Source of the DNA: Roseibacillus sp.
Lineage (GTDB): Bacteria > Verrucomicrobiota > Verrucomicrobiia > Verrucomicrobiales > Akkermansiaceae
Length of the DNA: 64,000 bases
NCBI GenBank assembly: GCA_965242925.1
Contig: CBDEUM010000029.1
Span: 160,001-224,000 of the forward strand
Reading direction: 5' to 3'
Shown here: in pieces, positions 58,070-64,000 of the stretch
Position numbering within the stretch: position 1 is the stretch's first letter
Layout of the letters: every line of letters begins with the position of its first letter
Notes under the pieces: generated by a model
What the model saw: only the letters and a program-made list of their open reading frames with translations
The model's database searches: none
Told to the model about the DNA's origin: nothing
Translations under genes and position numbers: made by a program

Positions 58070-61000
58070 TTACTTGCCAGCTTTCGCTTGCGGCTTGCCA
58101 GGAGCAGGTTTTGAGCTGTCCTTCTTCTTGAGCTCTTCCTTTTCCTTTTCGCGCTCCAGGAACGACTTGCCCTCGGTGATCCACTTCCTGCCGGTTTCGT
58201 CCTTGAGGAAGTGTGCCATCCACTCCCTGACGCGGTAATGGTAATCGACCATGTTTTCCTCCTTACGCAGGCCGTGATTCTCACCGGGATATACGAGGAG
58301 GACGACATCGTCCTTCCCGGCCCAGCGGGCGGCATTGTACATCTCAATGCCCTGGTCCCAGTCAACGGCACCATCCTTGTCCCCGAAGGCGATGAGGAGG
58401 GGCGTGTTGAGGGTGTCCAGTCCATGAATGGGGGAATTGCGTGCGTAATTCTCGGCATCCCGCCAGAAGGGCTTGTTCATGCGCCCCTGCGATTGCGCGA
58501 AGATGCGGGCATTGGTGCCACCGGAATTCCAGTAGACGCTCACCGACATGCTCATCAGGTCGGTGAGGGGTGCCCCGGCTACCGCGGCCGAGAAGAGGTC
58601 GGTCCGGGTCACGATGAAGGAGGTCTGGTAGGCGCCCCAGGAATGGCCCATCAGGCCCACCCGCCGGGGATCCACCATCCCCGTTTCGAGTACTTTTTCG
58701 ACTGCCGGAACCACGCAGTCCACTGCTGAGAGGCCCGGTTCCTGCGGGCGATAGACGATGTCGGGTTGGAACACGAAATAGCCCTCCGCCGAGAAGACGC
58801 AGGGGTTGTAGGGGTGCTTCTCGCCGGGGATGTAGTAGCGGTGCAGGTCCTGCGAACGTTTTTCGTAGATGTAGACGATCATGGGGTACTTCTTCCCCCG
58901 TTTGTAGCCGGCGGGGTAGGTGAGTACGCCCTGCAGGGGGACGCCGTGCCTGTTCTTGAAGTCGACCAGCTTGGAGCGTCCCCAGCGGTAGTTTTTCTGG
59001 AACTCGTTGGTGCGGGTGATCTGTCGTGGCGCCTTCAGTCCGGGTCCGGAAAGGAAAAGATCGCGGGATCGATCGGTTCGTTCCCGGGTGAAGGTGAAGA
59101 CCTCGGCATCCCGGGCGCGCTCAAGGTAGAGGAGGAGGGCATCCTCAAGGAGGTGAGTTTTCCAATCAATGGCGGGATGGTTTCTGTCCCCGAGGGTGAG
59201 GGTGCCGTATCCGGATTTCTTGGTGTGTTCGGCGGAGAGACCGATGTAGAGGCGATCCCCCGGGGCGATGGCCCCGTCATTATCCTTGCGGAAACTGGCC
59301 TGGGACAGGCGATGCCGGATCTTCCCTTTCCGACCGTCAGTCAGTTTGCGGGCGCGTTCTCCTCGGGGGTCGAGGAGCCAGATGTCGTAGCGGTCGTAGA
59401 GAAGGACGGCAGAACTGTCAGTGAGCCACACGCCATTGCCGAAGGGGCGCTTCTCGACCGCCAGGGTGTCATCTTTCTGGTCGGTAAAGGAGGGTTTCAG
59501 ACTGGAGGTGAGGTTGCGCTGCTTTCCGTTCTTGAGGTCGTGGCTCCAGACCTGTCCCTCGCGCAGGAAGAGAAAGAACCGTCCATCGGGGCTGGTGGAG
59601 AGGGTGAACTTGACTCCTTCCAGGATGCGGTTGCGTTTTCCGTTGGCGGTGTTGATGACGTAGACGTCATGGAGGCTGGGTCCGAACATGGCGGAGCGCT
59701 CGTGGGGTGATGAGTCCAGCCCGATGGCCCGGCGTCCGTCCCTGGTGATGGTGACCCGCTCGGTCAATTCGCTCTCAAGCTGAACCAGTTTTTCCTCGGC
59801 GATCCACCAGACCGCCTTGCGTGCGGGGTTCTTGCGTTTCGTGGCCTCCTTCTTCTGTCGTGGCATGATAGTGGCGTCCCGGGAGTGCCAGACTTCCACG
59901 TTGGAGGGGGTGGTGAGGGTCTCGCGGAGGGACTTCGCCGGGGCTGCGGGCTTTTCCTTGGGCTTTTCAGGATCCGCTTTGGGCGCATCCTTGGCGGGTT
60001 GCTCTTTCCGGGTGGAGTTTTCTGCCGGGGCACTCTCCTCCTTTCTGGTCTTCTGCTTTTTCTTTTTCCGGTTCTTTTCTTTTTTCCCGGCCGGTTTCCG
60101 GGAGGCGGGGAAGTCCTTGGGCTTGTTCTCCCATTTCCTGAGGGTGCAGTGGAGCGCCTCCCCATCCTGCGCCCAGCTCAGGTTGGAAGTGAGGTAGTGA
60201 TCGGGGGGAAAGGAGGAGTCCTTGCGGTGGTCGTAGACGGACCGCCCGCTGGCAGGGTTGGCCGGTTTGTCGAGATCGCGGAAGGAGAGGAGAGTGTGGG
60301 AGATGTCCTCCTTATCCCCGAACTTCATCTGCCGGGCTGCGGCAAGGTCAAAGGAGTCCTTGCGCCAGAGCAAGCCGACATAGTCCTGATCGCTGCTTTC
60401 CAGGGTCCTGAGGGTTTCCTTCTCCGGATCGAAGAGCTGAAGCGAATTACTGATACTGGGGGAATCGACGACCAGGGCGAGAAAAGCGCCCTGTCGGCTC
60501 CACGCGAATTTGGTGACATTCCCGAAGGTAGTGTCTTTCCCTGACGCGAGATTACGAACGAGCAGGGCCCGCGCGGGAGGTGAGGGTGGTACGCCCGGAC
60601 GGGCAGGAGCGGGTTTGCCAATGACTTCGATAGCCGCGAAGCGGCTGTTGTGGCTGAAGGTGAGGGAACTCACATTCTTGAATTCCGAGGTCTTCCCATC
60701 ACTCAGGGAGCGAAGATGGATGGTAGCGCCAGGGGAGGCAGGCTTCTTGGATTCCTTGTCTTTTTTCTTCTCCTCCGGACTTTTTCCCATTGTTACCGCC
60801 AGCCAATGGCTGTTGTTGGAGAAGACAGGACGTTCGCCCTGGACGAACACCTCCTGCTCCTTGCTTTTTCCTCCCTTGATGCGGTGGAGATGGAGCGAGC
60901 TCTTTTCATCCACTCTCCTGATGTCGAACACAAGCCACTGACCGTCATGGGATACCTTGCGGTTCCCCATGCTCAACTGTTCCCACTGGGCGTAGTCAGG

Positions 61001-61228
61001 AGGGGTGATGGGTTTTTTGAGAGGGCGTTTTTTCCTGCCGCCTTGCCTGCCTTCAGCCGGCTTGGGTTTTGATGCGGTGTTTTTCTCTGTCTTTGCCGGA
61101 ACAGGTTCTTCGGCAGGCTGTTCAGCAGAGGACTCACCGTTGCGGTCAGCAGCGCCCCTTGCCGGGGTGGGCGGGGCAAGAACGGCAGCGAGAGTGAAAA
61201 GGAGGACGAGGGTGTAGGGGTGCTGCAT
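58070..61228 (-). CDS. S9 family (prolyl oligopeptidase/acylaminoacyl) peptidase, secreted
   Basis: Signal peptide; propeller; YPMIVYIYE; GHSWG; GDKDGAV; YPGENH. Confidence 0.93.
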   Translation of the reverse strand: MQHPYTLVLLFTLAAVLAPPTPARGAADRNGESSAEQPAEEPVPAKTEKNTASKPKPAEGRQGGRKKRPLKKPITPPDYAQWEQLSMGNRKVSHDGQWLVFDIRRVDEKSSLHLHRIKGGKSKEQEVFVQGERPVFSNNSHWLAVTMGKSPEEKKKDKESKKPASPGATIHLRSLSDGKTSEFKNVSSLTFSHNSRFAAIEVIGKPAPARPGVPPSPPARALLVRNLASGKDTTFGNVTKFAWSRQGAFLALVVDSPSISNSLQLFDPEKETLRTLESSDQDYVGLLWRKDSFDLAAARQMKFGDKEDISHTLLSFRDLDKPANPASGRSVYDHRKDSSFPPDHYLTSNLSWAQDGEALHCTLRKWENKPKDFPASRKPAGKKEKNRKKKKQKTRKEESAPAENSTRKEQPAKDAPKADPEKPKEKPAAPAKSLRETLTTPSNVEVWHSRDATIMPRQKKEATKRKNPARKAVWWIAEEKLVQLESELTERVTITRDGRRAIGLDSSPHERSAMFGPSLHDVYVINTANGKRNRILEGVKFTLSTSPDGRFFLFLREGQVWSHDLKNGKQRNLTSSLKPSFTDQKDDTLAVEKRPFGNGVWLTDSSAVLLYDRYDIWLLDPRGERARKLTDGRKGKIRHRLSQASFRKDNDGAIAPGDRLYIGLSAEHTKKSGYGTLTLGDRNHPAIDWKTHLLEDALLLYLERARDAEVFTFTRERTDRSRDLFLSGPGLKAPRQITRTNEFQKNYRWGRSKLVDFKNRHGVPLQGVLTYPAGYKRGKKYPMIVYIYEKRSQDLHRYYIPGEKHPYNPCVFSAEGYFVFQPDIVYRPQEPGLSAVDCVVPAVEKVLETGMVDPRRVGLMGHSWGAYQTSFIVTRTDLFSAAVAGAPLTDLMSMSVSVYWNSGGTNARIFAQSQGRMNKPFWRDAENYARNSPIHGLDTLNTPLLIAFGDKDGAVDWDQGIEMYNAARWAGKDDVVLLVYPGENHGLRKEENMVDYHYRVREWMAHFLKDETGRKWITEGKSFLEREKEKEELKKKDSSKPAPGKPQAKAGK

Positions 61229-61391
61229 GATGCAGAATGTAAGGGGACGGCGGACTTACTCCGGATGATGCTCTGTTAGAAGCTTCCATTTCAGGAAATT
61301 CTGTCCGGGTGGCAAATAGAGCTGATCCCAGTGGAGGAATGCGGGAATAGGCCTCGACCTTCGCTGCGCATTGAAGGACGGTTCCACTGTG

Positions 61392-62081
61392 ATGGCTGAG
61401 GATTCTCCGAAATCGCATTCTGACTCTGAAGAACAGCCCGGGACGTTGCCTCCTCCGGACGTGGCGAAGACCGTAGGGCCCTCTTCTTCGGCAGGGAGCG
61501 GGAGCGGACCGGATGCTCCGCTCAAGGTGTCGGTGGATCCAGGTTCAAGTGCGGACGATCCTGATCTCCCGGTGTCTGCCCATGCGAACCGGCAGGTGCC
61601 AGGGGCGGATTCCACCCTGGGGAACCGTCTGCTGGCAACCCTGATTGACGGAATCGTTGCCGCAGGGTTGGCGTGGGCCGTGCAGTTGCTCAGCATCCTC
61701 CCTTTTATCGAGATCGGGAGCCAACTTTCCTGGGTGGTGGGTGCGGGCTACATCATCTTTCGTGATTCGCTTTCCTTTCTCCAGGGGCAGAGCGTGGGCA
61801 AGAGAGCAATGAAACTTCAGGCTGTCACCATGGAGGGAGTCAGTCTGGAGGGGAACTGGCGCCCGGGACTGGTCCGCAATGCCATCCTGGTCATTCCTCT
61901 CTTTCCCCTCGTGGAATTATTCGTGCTTCTTACCCGTCAGGATTATCCCAGACCCCTTCTGCGGCTTGGGGACGAGTGGGCCAACACCAAGGTGATCAAT
62001 GCCGGGCTGGATATTCTCAAATCGACGAACCCTGCCGCCCCGGCCGGGGATGCGGGGAAAGAGCGGGCGGAGCCGAACTGA
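61392..62081 (+). CDS. RDD family membrane protein
   Basis: RLLATLID, GQSVGK, RN, RLGDEWANTKV. Confidence 0.85.
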   Translation: MAEDSPKSHSDSEEQPGTLPPPDVAKTVGPSSSAGSGSGPDAPLKVSVDPGSSADDPDLPVSAHANRQVPGADSTLGNRLLATLIDGIVAAGLAWAVQLLSILPFIEIGSQLSWVVGAGYIIFRDSLSFLQGQSVGKRAMKLQAVTMEGVSLEGNWRPGLVRNAILVIPLFPLVELFVLLTRQDYPRPLLRLGDEWANTKVINAGLDILKSTNPAAPAGDAGKERAEPN

Positions 62082-62173
62082 CAGGACTGGTCAGCAGGTC
62101 GATCCGGCAGTGCTCGGGCATCCTCCCTGCGAGGCATCTTGACAGGACTGCGTATTTGAGGGACGAGGGAGGA

Positions 62174-63523
62174 GTGAGGCCGTTTCTTCTCGCCATGATG
62201 ACCTTGAGCACGGCCTCCCTTGCGGAGGACTGGCCGCAATACCTGGGAGCAGGCCGTGATGCGGTGTGGCGGGAACAGGATGTCGAACTCGATTTCGCAA
62301 AACGTGCGCCGCGTCTGGTCTGGTCCGTGCCAGTGGGCAGTGGTTACGCCGGGCCCTCGGTAGCGAATGGAAAGGTCTTTCTCATGGACCGTCAGGCCAA
62401 GCCCTTCGTGGCGGAGAAGAGGAAGCCCGGCACCAACGTCAATTTCGTGCGTGGGCGGATCCCGGGTTGGGAGCGTATTCTCTGCCTGGACGAGACCAGT
62501 GGGGAGGTTGTCTGGGAGCACAGCTACCGGGCTGACTATTCATCGGTCTATCCCTACGCGATTGGTCCGCGCACCACGCCCCTGGTGCATGATGGCATGG
62601 TTTATACCCTGGGAGCGGAAGGGCACCTGCATGCCTATACGGGCGACGGGGGCAAATTGATCTGGCACAGGAATATCCTGAAGGATTACGATTTGAAGAC
62701 TCCGCTCTGGGGAACTGCCGGACATCCGATCGTAGATGGAGATCTGCTCATTTGCCCGGTAGGGGGGCAGGGAAGCACGGTGGTGGCCTTTGATCGTGGG
62801 ACGGGTGAGGAGAAGTGGAAGGCCCTCAATGCGCGGGAAGCCGGCTACGGAACGCCGGTGATCGAAACCATCAATGGACATCGCCAGCTTCTTGTCTGGG
62901 ATGCGGAAAACCTCAACGGGCTGGATCCGGGCACCGGAGCAGTGCATTGGAGTGTGCCCTTCAAGCCGGAATACGGGATGGCGATCGGGGCACCCCGAGT
63001 CTGGAAAGACCTCGTCTTCGTCATGGGCTACAACAACAAGTCAGGTGCGGTGCAGGTGGCGCCTGATGGGAAGTCGGCCCGCCTGGCGTGGGGTCGTAAT
63101 CTGCGCAAGGGAGTGGCCGGGGTGATGAACACCGCATGGACGAAGGGAGGCTATATCTATTCGGGAGGACAGCGTGGCTTCTTCCGGTGTGTCAAGATGG
63201 AGACGGGTGAACGGATCTGGGAAACTCGGAAACCTCTCCTCAAGGCGGATGGCTCTGGACGCGGTCCCTGGCCTCATGCCTTCACGGTGCATCATGAACC
63301 ATCCGGGCAGACCCTCATTTTTAACGACCACGGGGAGATGATCAGCGCCCGGCTATTGCCGGAGGGTTACCGGGAAATCGCGCGCACCCGGATCATCGAG
63401 CCGACCCACACGGTGGCGGGAAGGCTCCTGGTCTGGTCCCATCCCGCTCTGGCCAACGGCCGGGTTTACTGCCGGAATGACAAGGAGATCCGTTGTTGGG
63501 ACCTGAGCGCAGGGGATCGGTAG
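62174..63523 (+). CDS. PQQ-binding-like beta-propeller repeat protein
   Basis: DWPQYLG, GYAGPSV, GPRTTP, repeated TGE..W blades, WSHPALANG. Confidence 0.88.
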   Translation: MRPFLLAMMTLSTASLAEDWPQYLGAGRDAVWREQDVELDFAKRAPRLVWSVPVGSGYAGPSVANGKVFLMDRQAKPFVAEKRKPGTNVNFVRGRIPGWERILCLDETSGEVVWEHSYRADYSSVYPYAIGPRTTPLVHDGMVYTLGAEGHLHAYTGDGGKLIWHRNILKDYDLKTPLWGTAGHPIVDGDLLICPVGGQGSTVVAFDRGTGEEKWKALNAREAGYGTPVIETINGHRQLLVWDAENLNGLDPGTGAVHWSVPFKPEYGMAIGAPRVWKDLVFVMGYNNKSGAVQVAPDGKSARLAWGRNLRKGVAGVMNTAWTKGGYIYSGGQRGFFRCVKMETGERIWETRKPLLKADGSGRGPWPHAFTVHHEPSGQTLIFNDHGEMISARLLPEGYREIARTRIIEPTHTVAGRLLVWSHPALANGRVYCRNDKEIRCWDLSAGDR

Positions 63524-63565
63524 TAAGCCGATCAAGGGGTTTTTTTGCTGTGAGATCAGGGGGCT

Positions 63566-64000
63566 ATGGTGCGTAATGGAGTCGTGCCAAGTGGGTCCGG
63601 GGCCATAGTAGTGTTTCTTCTGCTCGCGGGTGGGGTCTTTCCGGCCCATGCCGAGAAGATCATCGATTGGGAGGAGGCGCGCCAGTTCTGGTCCTTCCAG
63701 CCTCCCCGCATTGAAGCCCTGCCGGAGGTTGGCCTGGCGTCTTGGCCGAAAAGAGATCTCGATCGTTTCATCCTGCGCCGTCTGGAAGATGCTAGCCTGC
63801 AACCCGAGCGGGAGGCTGGGCGCATTGCCCTCATCCGGCGCCTGAGCTTCGATCTCACCGGATTGCCGCCCACCGTGGAGGAGGTTGAGGAGTTTGTGGG
63901 CAGTAGCGATTCCCGGGCCTATGAGAAACTCGTCGACCTGCTACTCGCCCGGCCGCAGTTCGGTGAACGTCTTGCCAGCATGTGGCTCCCGGTCATGCGT
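63566..64000 (+). CDS. DUF1549 (PSD1-type) protein, N-terminal part (runs off the window)
   Basis: My translation: MVRNG...AHAEK...FWSFQPP...DRFI...RRLSFDLTGLPPT...FGERLASMWL. Confidence 0.88.
   Translation, partial: MVRNGVVPSGSGAIVVFLLLAGGVFPAHAEKIIDWEEARQFWSFQPPRIEALPEVGLASWPKRDLDRFILRRLEDASLQPEREAGRIALIRRLSFDLTGLPPTVEEVEEFVGSSDSRAYEKLVDLLLARPQFGERLASMWLPVMR

Noticed and set aside
1..64000. tRNA, rRNA, prophage, integron or defence island
   Set aside because: No cloverleaf, rRNA signature, integrase, phage structural gene or recognisable defence gene was seen by eye; a covariance-model scan would be needed to exclude small RNAs.

Overview
High-GC bacterial chromosomal window, most consistent with Verrucomicrobiota (Verrucomicrobiales; taxonomy inferred from gene content only). 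It is densely coding, with about 43 CDS. Most genes encode PVC-typical secreted or periplasmic proteins: two DUF1549/DUF1553+DUF1501 modules plus a partial third at the right edge, a DUF1592-type+DUF1552 module, two cytochrome c/beta-propeller dehydrogenase-like proteins, two sulfatases, esterases, PhoD, TIM-barrel sugar enzymes, an S9 peptidase and a beta-helix surface protein. Housekeeping genes are interspersed (icd, yihA/engB, rnhA, HU, MYG1-like). I found no rRNA, tRNA, CRISPR array, integrase or complete transposase. Most notable: (1) a small, very basic protein that joins a histone-H1-like (PTPKAK)n tail, an HTH, seven AT-hook-like GRP repeats and a coiled coil, a candidate chromatin protein whose tails are encoded by minisatellites; (2) a YchF/OLA1 derivative that has lost its P-loop but keeps the TGS domain; (3) an apparently exported PPDK-type ATP-grasp protein lacking the phospho-His domain; (4) six +1 homopolymer insertions confined to 26.6-29.0 kb, probably a sequencing-consensus artefact, that break a serine hydrolase-NamZ fusion; (5) domain cassettes with atypical codon use inside the DUF heme proteins; (6) several possible decayed gene remnants in intergenic gaps. 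All family calls come from motif recognition by eye, not database searches.
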